Part shown: in pieces, positions 50,401 to 61,879 of the stretch
Layout: each line of letters opens with the position of its first letter
Position numbering within the stretch: position 1 is the stretch's first letter
NCBI GenBank assembly: GCA_003427395.1
Contig: BFEA01000009.1
Location: 4,529,726-4,593,725 of the forward strand
Direction of reading: 5' to 3'
Source: Chara braunii
Lineage: Eukaryota; Plantae; Charophyceae
DNA: 64,000 bases
Translations under genes and position numbers: made by a program
The notes under the pieces: generated by a model
Told to the model about the DNA's origin: nothing
The model's database searches: none
What the model saw: the letters and a program-made list of their open reading frames with translations, nothing else

Positions 50401-51376
50401 TAAGTATGCTAGGTTAGTTGCAATGTCGGAAACAGCAAAGACTGAGTACGTCATTAGACTATTCAAGGAGAATTGGGTCAAAGATTTCGGATCACCAAAG
50501 TCTATCGTGAGTGATCGGGATGTCAGATTCACTAGCGAGTTGTGGAAGGCTGCAGCTGCAGAACAGGGGACACAGTTGCAGATGACCTCTGGGAACCACC
50601 CAGAGGCCAACGGCCAAGCAGAGCAGCTGAATCGCGTTGTACAACACCTGTTGCGGCATTATATCAAGCCCAACCAGGTGGACTGGGATGAGAAGCTTAC
50701 TCTCATCGCCATCTTGTACAACAACGTTGTGCACAGCGCCATAGGGGTGAGCCCTAACAGCCTGCTACTAATTTTCAAGCCTAGATTGCCCCTAGACTTT
50801 CTGTTACGTGAGAACCAGCAAACTGCTGCACCGGGTACACTAGAATTTGCTTATCGATATGAACAAACGATGCAGCAAAAGCATAGGTGGCAATGATAGA
50901 GTCTGAGAACAAACACCGCCGCCCGTCCACATTTATGGTAGGGGACCGAGTCTGGGTCAAGTCCTCAGAACTGGGACACGAGCACAAAATTTTCCGTAAG
51001 CTCATGCCACAGTACTTTGGACCATGGGAGGTTTCAGATGTCGTTGGGGATGAACTGGATGATCCTTCTTATGTTGTTCTCATCCCTGGTCACCTACGCA
51101 CATATCCGGTATTTCACGCCTTAAAGCTTGCACCGTTCGAAGAAACTGATCAGTTTCCCTCTTGTCGCTCTATGCTGCCCCCAACCATGGATGGAGAGGT
51201 TGACATCGACGACATCGTTGATCACAGGGAGATCAAGACCGACAGGCAGAGGATGTTCTTCGAAACCGAAGCTGCAGTATAGAGTTTGGTTCAGACATCA
51301 CACGGATCCAAATGAGGATCGATGGTTCACCAGGGAGGAACTGATGCAGACCGCTCCTCAGGTTGTCACCCAATAT

Positions 51377-51797
51377 CTACGTTGCATAGAGTACACGTAC
51401 GGGGGCTTCCCGTACAAAACGTACAGGTTATTTCTGTACGGGATCTGTACGGGAACCTGTACGGGAACCTGTACGTCTTGTAGGCCCCCGTACGAAAAAN
51501 NNNNNNNNNNNNNNNNNNNNNNNNNNNNNNNNNNNNNNNNNNNNNNNNNNNNNNNNNNNNNNNNNNNNNNNNNNNNNNNNNNNNNNNNNNNNNNNNNNNN
51601 NNNNNNNNNNNNNNNNNNNNNNNNNNNNNNNNNNNNNNNNNNNNNNNNNNNNNNNNNNNNNNNNNNNNNNNNNNNNNNNNNNNNNNNNNNNNNNNNNNNN
51701 NNNNNNNNNNNNNNNNNNNNNNNNNNNNNNNNNNNNNNNNNNNNNNNNNNNNNNNNNNNNNNNNNNNNNNNNNNNNNGCGTACAAGTGGCAACGCAG
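51377..51797. mobile_element. Non-autonomous DNA transposon in the chromodomain, TIR CTRCGTTGC, perfect 8-bp TSD CCCAATAT; spans a gap
   Basis: CCCAATAT|CTACGTTGC ... GCAACGCAG|CCCAATAT; removing it restores VVTQYEKSLQKG; subterminal GTACGGG repeats. Confidence 0.85.
51500..51777. other. Assembly gap (N run)
   Basis: N run. Confidence 1.
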
Positions 51798-51875
51798 CCC
51801 AATATGAAAAGTCTCTGCAGAAAGGAACGCGCCAGATCATTGAAGACTAGACTTCTCAGAGGATAATTGAAGTAT

Positions 51876-51886
51876 GGAGGAGGGAA
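51876..51886 (+). promoter_or_regulatory. Polypurine tract of the chromovirus element
   Basis: GGAGGAGGGAA shortly after the pol stop, directly followed by TG. Confidence 0.8.
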
Positions 51887-52617
51887 TGCGAGGCACAAAC
51901 CCTCAATTTGTTTTACAAGGCCTATCTTTCACTTAGTCGGCCGCCCTAAGTGAAGGCAGGCACGACCGAGGTCCTCATGCCATTTTTGGGGTCATTACGC
52001 AACTGGGGCAATTTCAAGCAGTTGTGCAGCGCCAATTGGTTGGAAGCGCTCAGGCCCAGGCTGCCTTGCATTGCATATAACTAAGGCAGGCCCTGGGCCG
52101 GATACACAAAGTGGACCGAACAAAGGCTGAGGGCAGTTAGGTGCTGGTAACCACCACAGGCCCTGGGCCTGTTGACTTCGGACTGAGGCTCGGCCTCCCT
52201 GGGCCGGGGCCAGTACCGCAACACAACACGCATCAGCAGGCCACTTCGATATAGGGAGGGGCCTGCCTACACATTGGACATTCGGGCACTAGCTGCTTTG
52301 TGCGCAAGCGCTGCTGCGCTATCGCCTGCCAGGCTCACGCATTCACGGGAGATATGAAAGGAGCAACCATAGTCGAGCTGCGCTACTGTATGTTGGATGG
52401 GGCACATGGTGGTCCTTGGGTGCAAGTTGCATCTGTGAGTTGGGGAACGAGGTTGTGAGTGATACGAGAAACATACCTGGTGCTTGACGCGTGCGACATT
52501 AGCTGCGGTCTGCTCGTACTTGGGAAGTTGTTGACGTCATCAATGACATTGTAGTCTAGGCTACATAGGATCCGCCATTCGTAATCTGGGCGTCGAGCGC
52601 CAGATAGGATATCAACA
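51887..52617 (+). repeat. 3' LTR of the chromovirus element (~730 bp; right end inferred)
   Basis: Starts TGCGAGGC after the PPT; GC-rich block ends ...GGATATCAACA where composition shifts; partner LTR not in the window. Confidence 0.55.
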
Positions 52618-54287
52618 TCGGTTCTTCGTTGATGATGATGAGACTATTCCAACATTGTCAATTATGAGCTTTTTGTGTGCTCTTATTTGGTGAAACTCGT
52701 GATGCAATTCTGCTTTTGGTTCGAGGTCACGACTATCTGGTCTCATGTGTATGATGTTGTTTGATTGCTGAAGTTCGCTATTGCTCATCTTCATTGCAAA
52801 ATCAAGTACACAACTAAAAATAGGACGTGTTATCCAGAAAAAAACCTACGAATGATAGATTTGATATAGATTTTGATATCCCAAAGCGGATTTTTGAATC
52901 GATTCTCACACCGCAGTATGAAGATCATTTAGCAACCGAGATTGACACTTTTGAGAAAATTCGTAAGAAGTTAGTTCCAAATCATACCTAGGCATTTTTT
53001 AACAAAATTGAAATTATTTCAAGACAAAAAGGATCATACGAAACTCATAATCAGAATTAAACAACATCAACTACTTTGCAGTTACTAATTAAGAAATCAC
53101 AGAAGAAAACAAAGGTAGGATTCATCTTCTAAATCAACCATAAAGGATCAATCAGCTCTAAATTCAAATCAGATCAAAATCAGATCGAAGTCAAAAAAAA
53201 ATCAGAAGATTAATAGTAATTATTTCAGTATGAACATTCATGCTGATATGGATAAAAAAACAGAAACCAAGTTATTATCACGAGGATCATTAGCAACAGC
53301 TAACAGAAAACCGCGGAGATCATCATTATCAAAAATTGAAAAACCTCCTCCCCCACTTCCTCAACATCCACCTACTTGTCACCTTTCCCCTCAAACCCTA
53401 CCTCACTGTCTTCGGGGAAAGAGAAACACACCTCCTCCCACTGCTAGCCACTAGGCATCAAATCGATGCTAACACCAAAGACAACAACGACCCTCTTTGA
53501 CCCCCCAAAGATCAGAAAATAGTGCGACACCACCTCGCCAAGCCTGTCAGCGAGTCGTCACAGGGGGTTCAAGCCATCCTAAACATCCATTCACCACACT
53601 GTTGGGGAAAGGGGGAGGAGATGAAACCCATAACCCACTCTGAGTCACCGCCACAACCCTCTATTCGCCTTTGTCATCCTTTAATTCCAATCTTGGCAGT
53701 GTCCATCTCTCAGGTGTTACTAGCTTCCTCCGTGGTGTTTTGTCCTCTCAGTTCGCCGAACAGCCCACCTCAGCTTCGACGATACGAAAACTCGGCCACA
53801 CCTCAATCCTCCTCATCTCAATACCAGCTCGATAAGGGCTATCACGACACCCCCACGGTTGGCAACGTGGAGCAACTTTCCATTCACCCACTGCCCACTC
53901 CCTCACAAAAGCCCCCATCACTACCTCGCGTGTAGCTGCCTTCATCACCAACCTTAGCTCCCCCCTTTGTGTCCCTTCCTGAACGCCTCCCATGCCGCTT
54001 CAACCGGCCGCCCGTGTGGACTCTCCTGCGATGTCGCTTCGGCAAGGCCAGGGGCGCAACACTCCCAGTCGCGCTGCGCCCCAACTCCTTTTTTTTTTTT
54101 TCCACCGATGGTCCACAACTTTCTCTCCGAGCATAGCAGTCACACAACGTCGCTCCTGATTGAAAGCTGAACGTTGAGCTAGTCCTACCGTGTAGGTGGG
54201 ACATGGGCCCGAAATGATTGCGGAAGGAGACACGACATAATAGAACCGAGACACGCAAACGTGTGTGAGGAAGTGGATACAAAAGGA

Positions 54288-54318
<31 letters not shown>

Positions 54319-56311
54319 GAACATCATGAGGCAGCTCCTCTATCCTGGAGCAAGGTCCAACTAGCAAAGAGGATTGGATTAAACACCCTGAATCTGGATG
54401 GGTTTGAAGCATAGATGCAGAGAAGCAAGTCAAGAGCCATTTTCTGCACCTATCCACAAACATGCCCAGATTCATAAATTAAATCCAATCCTCTTTGAAA
54501 GGTGGACCTTGCCACCGGTGGTGGTGAGAGAACCGCCGGGTTGAGGTTGCAGTCGGGATGGCTCCAATCTTTTGGCAGGGAGCTGCGCCTGCTGGAGACA
54601 ACCAACCTTAAACCATCAGTTCACATGCGCCTGCAATTGCACCTTTCCAAAGCTCCCTGCCGCTTTCACTACCGGCCCAGGGACAGAGCCAAGTTCTCTT
54701 ACCACATATACTGGCAAGAGCACCACTTAGGTTCATGTGACATTGTGGTTTAATCTCTGAAGTGTGTGGAAGTGGAAACGACAGAACAAATCTTAATCTC
54801 CGTAAAACCAATCATAGGGCCTGGCCGCCACCACTCACCACACCGGAATTTCGGCAGTGAGTTCTCACCTGGGGCAAAAAGGCCAAAGACACACCAAAAC
54901 AGGTTGTCGCCATGCACACGCACCCACATCAGCAAAAGTGCGTGCAGAATTGAAGAAATCTCAACTGATGCGTGCTTAGGACCTGTGTGTGGGACTGAAA
55001 AAATCTCAATGGACGCATGGTCAAGACCTACGAAATCTCGTAAGAAGCGTGGTTGAACCAAGTCCTCTAAAAGTATCTACGATAACACAACTTTGCGTGC
55101 AGGGACACGCGACAATTGAAATCCCATTTCGGAATGAGAGCATTTGGTGGGACCGGTGAACCATTCAGGTCGAATGGGACAGAGGGTTCTTAAAATCTAA
55201 CTAAGGGGCTTGTTAGATACTCCTCGGAGCGTCCTCGTGCCCAAGGACGAAATCCTTCGAAAAATTTAGTGTTTTTGGCATCATTGTTTGACGCATCTCT
55301 GGAGCGTCGACTCAGAGATTCATCCTCAGAGCCTTTTCCGGAAAAAAAAAAAAAAAAAAAAAATTGCGCTTGAGACTTTCAGCCAATAGGGTGCCGTCAC
55401 GATCGAGATTCAACCGTTGTAACGTCTTTCTACGTGTGTACCCTCTGCTCTCCTTGAAACGTGGATCATGGGCTCCGAAGAACCTCGTGAGTTCCCTTGG
55501 AGCCAAGGATGATTTGGCTAGGGAATCCTTGGATCCCAAGGATTTGTCCTCCGAGTATTTTCACATTTTCATTGCCTATTTCATCTCCAAGGACAGGTGG
55601 AATTGCGTCCACGAGGAGTGTCTAACAAGTTCCTAAGTGAATCAGCAGACGGGAAGGAGCCTAAATCGGCGGACTTGAGTTAATTTGTCGCTTACTCACA
55701 GCCAACGAATGAAGTGGGCACTCGAACTCCGAAACTGCTTGGTGGAGGCCGCACCTGCATTTGTACTCGAGTAGACGCTTCACTTTTGATCTATCACCAG
55801 ATTGGAGCCAAACGCACAACGGGAAGCAGAGGCCTCTCTTATTCCACATTTAAGACCGAAGGATGATTCATATATGAGAATCGACTCAACTCATTCTCAG
55901 TGAACTTACAAATGAGAAATAATGCGGAGAGTTTAATTACAGTTCACCGCCTACTCTTTTTCACGTCTTCAATCTCATCTCCTGTTGGGTGTTTTCGATG
56001 CAGCACCCCCAAACTCACAAAAAGTCATTTTTTGCGATTGGTGTGACGACGCGCATAATCTCCCAAATGAGTGTGGAAGTGGCAACAGCAAACCGTGCAG
56101 ATTCAGCAGAAGAATATTTTGTATTTGAGGAAAAAAAAAAAAAAAAAAAAAGCCACAAACATACAAATTCAAGACACAAATCCATATGATGCAAGTTGTG
56201 CATGCCACGTATGAGATTTTCTACACACACACACACATAATAATAATAAAAAAAAAGGCACACAAGGTGACACAACGTGTTAGCGGGACGAGAGCATTCA
56301 AACTTCAAAGA

Positions 56312-56392
56312 CAATACTTGGATCAGTGGTTAGAGCACCGATTGAAAATGCGCATTGTGATATGAGGTTGTGGGTTCAAATCCGCAGCCTCA
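56312..56392 (+). mobile_element. tRNA-derived (SINE-like) head or tRNA pseudogene
   Basis: A-box-like TGGATCAGTGG (56319-56329) followed by TTAGAGCA; B box GGTTCAAATCC (56373-56383) within a 10-bp hairpin; no acceptor stem. Confidence 0.4.
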
Positions 56393-56490
56393 CGCATGGA
56401 CACCGGCAGGACGTTAGAATGACGCATGGCTTGACACACACCCTTTGGGCTGACGCATGGTAAGTTATTACAGACATTGCCTGCCCATAA

Positions 56491-57170
56491 CCACCCTTCA
56501 CCACTTCAAAATGTAGCCTGCCTAAACAAGTGGTTTTCAGAGTCTTCGGAGCTTTCACCACTTCAAGACCATTCATGATTTTCAGACCTAAATGGTCCTG
56601 AAGTGGTGAAAGGTCTGAAGACCCTGAAAACCACCTGTTTAGGCAGGCTGACTGCATCCTGAAGAGGTGACGAAAAATGCGACCGTTGTTAACCGTCTCT
56701 CACCACCCAGCACAAGCGGTTATCAGGTAGCTGAAAATTTAAGAATGAAAATTCTGAAGTGAGAGTCTTGGGCAGTTTGAAAATCCTGAATGGTCCTGAA
56801 GCGATGAAAGGTCCGAAAACCCTGAAAAACACATGTTTAGGCAGGCTGCATCCTGAAGTGGTGAAGAGTGTCCTGAAGTGGTCAAGTGAGAGTTTTTGGC
56901 AGTCTGAAAATCCTGAATGGTCCTGAAGTGATGAAGGTCCGAAGACCATGAAAACCACCCTTCACCACTACAAGATGTAGCCTGCCTAAACAGGTGGTTT
57001 TCAGAGTCTTCGGAGCTTTCACCACTTCAAGACTATTCAGGATTTTCATACCTAAATGGTCCTGAAGTGGTAAGAGGTCTGAAGACCCTGAAAACCACCT
57101 GTTTAGGCAGGCTGGCTGCATCTTGAAGTGGTGATGAAAAATACGACCGTTGTTAACCGTCTCCCCCACC
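56491..57170. repeat. Foldback repeat: ~175-nt hairpin present twice (56497-56670, ~56962-57133) with partial arms between
   Basis: TCACCACTTCA...AGCCTGCCTAAACA.GTGGTTTTCAG.GTCTTC...GACCATT is inverted by AATGGTCCTGAAGTGGT...GAAGACCCTGAAAACCACCTGTTTAGGCAGGCT. Confidence 0.9.
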
Positions 57171-58191
57171 CAGGGGACTGTCCATGGTGTTGTATGTTGG
57201 TTCCTGGCCTATGAGGGGTTTGCCTGCTACAGTTAGCAGTCTAATGAGGATGCAGGAACGGGTTTGTGGTTAGACTGCTCATGTGTGTTGGTTACCTTAG
57301 GCGTTGGCTTGGGACAAGCTCTGCTGGAGGATATCGGTGGAGAACCTAGGGGATTGTCTTAAGGGTTTCTGTTTAGGATTTTACTGGAATCAGATCCTGA
57401 AATGCTAGGTATTATTATTGAAAAAAAAAAAAAAAAGGATCCCGGTACGAAGGGTGTTAGTAGACAGACTCTGGTGGAGGAAATCATTGGGAACCTGCAG
57501 TAGGGGCTGTCTGAGGGGGATCCTCCAAGATAGGATGGTCTGGGTCCATAAATTAGTTGCTGACTGTAGATAGGTACCTGTCGTGGGTCCAGAAACCATC
57601 CTCTGCAACACCCTGGACTGGGGCTGTTCTCCCAGCTTCATATATAAAAGAAAAAAACTTAAAAAAAAGGGGCTTTAAATTTTAAAATTAAAATCACACA
57701 AAAAAAAAAACGAAAGAATGTGACTGATCTCAATCTTTCCTTTTGTTTTCTCCCATCCACATCTGACAGTAAAGACCGACAGGCGGATTGAAGCCATTGA
57801 TTTTCTTAATATTTTTTGAAGGACCACAGGCATATATAAGGGGCCGAGGGCGCTGCATCCTGTTGATTGTGAGAGCTAGCTACGCTTGCAGGGGTCCCCT
57901 GTATAGCCGTTGGAGTAGTGGTAGGTAGGTAGCGAAAGGTGAAATTGAAAGAAGAACATAGCTTAGCTTTACAAAGAAAGAAAGGAAAAAAAAAAGAGCA
58001 GCAGAGGTCGCCGATGTAAGGACCTGGGTGTAGGTCAAAGACTTCTCAAAAGTCAAACAGCGGAAAAACTTCTCAAAAGCCAAACAACAGACAAGATCCA
58101 GACTTCTGAGCAGGCATCTTGTTATCGTCAAACAGAGCTGCCTGGTACACCGTAGGCAGAGAGGGAGAAGAGGACAACAACGAGGGGCTGT

Positions 58192-58240
58192 GACAAACTG
58201 TTTCGTCGGAGTTTCACCTACCTACTCATCAGGAGGATGA
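58192..58240 (-). ncRNA. Hammerhead-ribozyme-like core (degenerate stem II)
   Basis: Minus strand CTGATGA-GTAGGTAGGTGAAACTCCGAC-GAAACA-GTT-TGTC; stem I not evident. Confidence 0.4.
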
Positions 58241-58434
58241 AGCCGCTGAACGCTATATACATAGCTATGAGCTAAAAGAGTGCACTTCGTGAAAGAAAGG
58301 ATAAAAAAACAAAAAAACAAGGGCACATTGAAACCATTCAATTTCTCATTCTTCTTTTTCTAACCCTGCACTGTGCCTCTCACATGCAAGGCTCGCCACG
58401 CTGATGAACAGAGTACATCGTCAAATATATAAGG

Positions 58435-58490
58435 TTCAGCCTCCTGATGAGTCGGTGAAACTCCAATGAAGCAGTTTGTCATAGTCCCTC
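58435..58490 (+). ncRNA. Hammerhead-ribozyme-like core (mutated)
   Basis: CTGATGA-GTCGGTGAAACTCCAAT-GAAGCA-GTT-TGTC; transitions break stem II and GAAA. Confidence 0.35.
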
Positions 58491-58542
58491 ATTTGTTGCG
58501 CTCTCCTCTTTTTGAGACAAACTCCGATATACGACGGACTGT

Positions 58543-58590
58543 GACGAACTGTTTCGTCGGAGTTTCACCGACTCATCAGGAGGTTGAACC
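58543..58590 (-). ncRNA. Hammerhead-ribozyme-like core (best copy)
   Basis: Minus strand CTGATGA-GTCGG(TGAAACT)CCGAC-GAAAC-AGTTC-GTC; perfect 5-bp stem II; stem I not evident. Confidence 0.5.
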
Positions 58591-58604
58591 CCATGTATAT
58601 ATAC

Positions 58605-59950
58605 CATACTTGCGGCGCACTTAAGCGGTGCGCAGTGTGGTGCGCTGCGCCGTGCGTCATGCGCTCACGGGTGACGTGTGCGCACGTGCGCACTGGGCGC
58701 GCACAGGCAGTGCGCTGGAGTGCGGCTGAGTGACCCCCATGCCCGTGCATCTGCGGATGTGTCTTTCTTTTCTTTCTTTTTTTTTTTTTTTGTGTGTGTG
58801 TGTGTCTGCCGTTGATACAGGCGTTTGTCTGCTGTGCCACGACACCATTCGCCTGACACTATCAGATAATCAGACCGAACAAAACGCCTGTATCAACGGA
58901 CACTATGGATTCTCGACAGAGGATGTTTTGTTCAGCCCGATAGGCCCGCTGCTTTTCCTTTTTTTTTTTCTTATTTGTTTTTGTCTTATTTGGGAAACAG
59001 TTACAGCCTGTTTACTGACAGGGCCTCGCTCCACTGCTCTCCACATGCACAAAAGACAAAAAATATGGCGGTGTATCTTTCCATGTTCTAGCGGAAGATT
59101 CATTCTCATTTTGCACATTTGGAGAGTGGTGGAGCGAGGGCCATACATCTTCTTCCGCTAGAACATGGAAAGATACACCGCCATATTTTTTGTCTTTTCA
59201 ATCTTTTGTGCATGAGTAGTGGAGCGAGGCCCTTGCATCACACCGGACTACAGCTGGACTTGAAGCTTACTTGCAGCCCTCATGTGACAGAGGCACTACA
59301 ACGGACGTGCGTAGTTGAGAGAGGCCCTACGGATTCTGGCGGCAGGGAAGTTGTAATAGGGCCTCACTCTACTACTCTCCAATTTGTGCAAAATTAGAAT
59401 GAATCTTTCACTAGCACATGGAAAGATACATCGCCATATTTTTTGTCATTTGTGCATGTTTATAGCTACTGCCTGTTACCACGTTGTTGGTTTTCAACTT
59501 GTCACGGACGTTCTCTTTCGCTTTTTTTTTTTTTTTTTTTTTTAAATAGCAAAATCACCAATGAAACACAACGGTCAGTTCTGTCGTTTTCTATACCTGG
59601 AAGTAATGAGCCGAAACTTCCCGAAAGCAATGGTTCCACAGACGCGTCCTCGTCATGACCGTATTGGACCTCTGAAAGGGCTCAGATACACTGAACATAG
59701 CATGGAGTTGTGTACAGCAAACATGACAACACAGGTTTTGGGGCCGTGCGGCCCTGAAAAAAAATTGTGCGGGCAATGTCCTAATTTTTGGCTGGGCGTG
59801 GGAACTTCGATTTTCCCCCTCCCCAACTTTTTTGTTTTTTTGGCTGACCCCAAATTTTGCCCATGCGGCACCTGGTGCGCGCGCCACGTACGCAATGCGC
59901 AGTGCGCCGCATGTGCGCGAGTGGCGCGCACGGGATGCGACGCAAGTATG
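58605..59950. mobile_element. Non-autonomous hAT-like element, 15-bp TIR CATACTTGCGkCGCA, 8-bp TSD ATATAYAC
   Basis: ATATATAC|CATACTTGCGGCGCA ... TGCGACGCAAGTATG|ATATACAC; GCGCA-rich subterminal regions at both ends. Confidence 0.85.
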
Positions 59951-61299
59951 ATATACACATATATGTTGCCAATGACCATATTTGCAGCCAGGAGGGTTAC
60001 CTCGGTGCGTTTTTTCATTTTCTGCATGTTTCGATTCTGGGAATTATCATGCGGTGCAATGAAACACGGAGGGGTTGTTTCTTTGGTTTGCAAGGTTGTG
60101 AGTAGGTGGCCTAAGACCGGTAGGCCAACAAGCTTGAGCAGAGGGCCGTGGGAAGAAACAGGGGGTCGTAGGTGGTATGTGGTGGTCGTCATCTGCCATT
60201 TCCTTTTATGAAGGAACAAGCCGGGGGGGGAGGTGAAGCAGAACAGCCCCCGCATGTTCTCTCATGAACACGGTTTTGGCTGCTATGGGGTTCCCCGTAT
60301 GACTATACTTAGTAGTGGTAGGCAGGTAATATGAAGTGAACTTGAGAGAAGAATGTAGCATACCACTACTCTGAAGGCTTAGGTTGTGAAGGTGAATTGA
60401 AAGATCTTGGAAGATGATGAAAGATTTGAGAGAAGAATATATAGTGTAGTTTAAAAAACACACACAAATAAAAAAGAAGCAGAACAGACAGATTTCCACT
60501 TCCGTTGATGTATCTCTCCATATTTGTAACTGTAATCCGTCACCGCAGATGTGACTCGAGTCTACCCTTTATAGACCCTTATTAGACATTAAGGGAATTC
60601 CTGAACATCCCTATTAACCCTGCTAGTCGGACCTGCTCCTTGCTTCTTTTTAAGGGAATTCCTGAACATCCCTATCTGGGCGTGTTTGTTGGAGATGTGA
60701 TTTTTCTGCACATCTCCTCAAACATGTCCAGATTCGGGCATTGAGGAAACTCAACCCTGCTAGTCAGACCTGGTCCTTGCTTCTTTTTTTTCTTTTGTGG
60801 GTTACATTTTCTTCCGCAGCGGCATCAGGAGCTCACTCCCCCTCCCCCCCCAGAGATGTGATTTCCTGCACATCTTCACAAACATGTCCAAAATCTGGCA
60901 CGCAGGTGCAGACGCAAATGGCACTGGTGTGTCTCGCAAGCAGCACCCAACTGGGACCGGTTATATGTATTTGGCATACACGACATTCGAGACCCGGGTG
61001 CAGTTGTGACTCGCGAGTCCGTTACAGCTCAACACAGGCTCATAAGGCTGTCAAAAAGAGACCAGGGTGCAGTTGCGACTCAGAAAGCTGAGAAAAATTC
61101 CTGCAATGGGGCCGGGAGGGGTTCTTTTTACGGTTGGGAAGGGTGGTGGTCGCTGGCAGAACTAAGACCGTTAGAGAAATGAGCCAGAGCAGCGGGCGAC
61201 AGTCGGTAGACTTAGGGGGTCGTTGGCGTAGTGTTGTGGTCCTCATCTGGTGTCCTTTTATGGAGGAACGGCTACGGACACAGCTAGACTACCCACAAA

Positions 61300-61393
61300 C
61301 CAAACGTTTAGAATGTACCGGAACAGCGGAAAGCTCCAGAAACGTTTAGAATGTATTGGAACAGCGGAAAGCTCCAGAAACGTTTAGAATGTT
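61300..61393. repeat. 38-bp tandem repeat, ~2.4 copies
   Basis: AAACGTTTAGAATGTA..GGAACAGCGGAAAGCTCCAG repeated. Confidence 0.9.
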
Positions 61394-61574
61394 GTTCAGT
61401 GGAGCGAGGCCCCGCTTGGATGTGTCTGATAGCAAACAAGCCCATGAACCGTTAATCCGGGGCACTTTGAAACTGAAAAAAGAAACGTCTGTCCTTCGGG
61501 GGGGGGGGTATCCGTTGAAATTGAATGATACACAGAGGGTCCCATGAGCAGCATTCATCCCTTCAACGTCTGAG

Positions 61575-61629
61575 TGTACATCCCTTAAACGCCTGACTGT
61601 ACATCCCTTAAACGCCTGACTGTACATCC
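61575..61629. repeat. 23-bp tandem repeat, ~2.4 copies
   Basis: TGTACATCCCTTAAACGCCTGAC repeated. Confidence 0.9.
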
Positions 61630-61879
61630 AGGTTCCATGTCACAGTGATAGCGAAATTACTTTCTTTCTTCTCTGTTCTACATTTCCATAAACAATCCTG
61701 ATGAATTGAGATTGTCCATGATATGCTTCCGATGAACTACCGTGAATCCCCTGAAAACAACGCACCCTCATTTTTGGCTGTATCTGACTGGAGATATAGC
61801 TTGTACACATTCATTACCGGGGTTTGTTATGTTCGGGGGATGACGGTAGTCAGAATCCGCCTCTCTCTCGCCTCGCACT

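Larger units (their letters stand above)
48119..51850 (+). pseudogene. pol: Chromovirus-type Ty3/Gypsy pol (C-terminal PR, RT, RNase H, INT, chromodomain), decayed
   Basis: LRMCIDYRGLN...KIDLKSGYHHI; YLDDILIFS (49102); VTTDVSQYSIGVVL...YEKELYAI; HDATGH...CQVCQRDK; VSDRDVRF; HPEANGQAEQ; YFGPWEV; chromodomain IDDIVDHR...YRVWFR...EDRWFTREEL...QVVTQY/EKSL. Confidence 0.95.

Noticed and set aside
54640-54725. Second rpl2-like peptide on the minus strand (VPGPVVKAAGSFGKV)
   Set aside because: Only AAGSF matches; the IHxIE and PGxG spacing is absent, so likely chance
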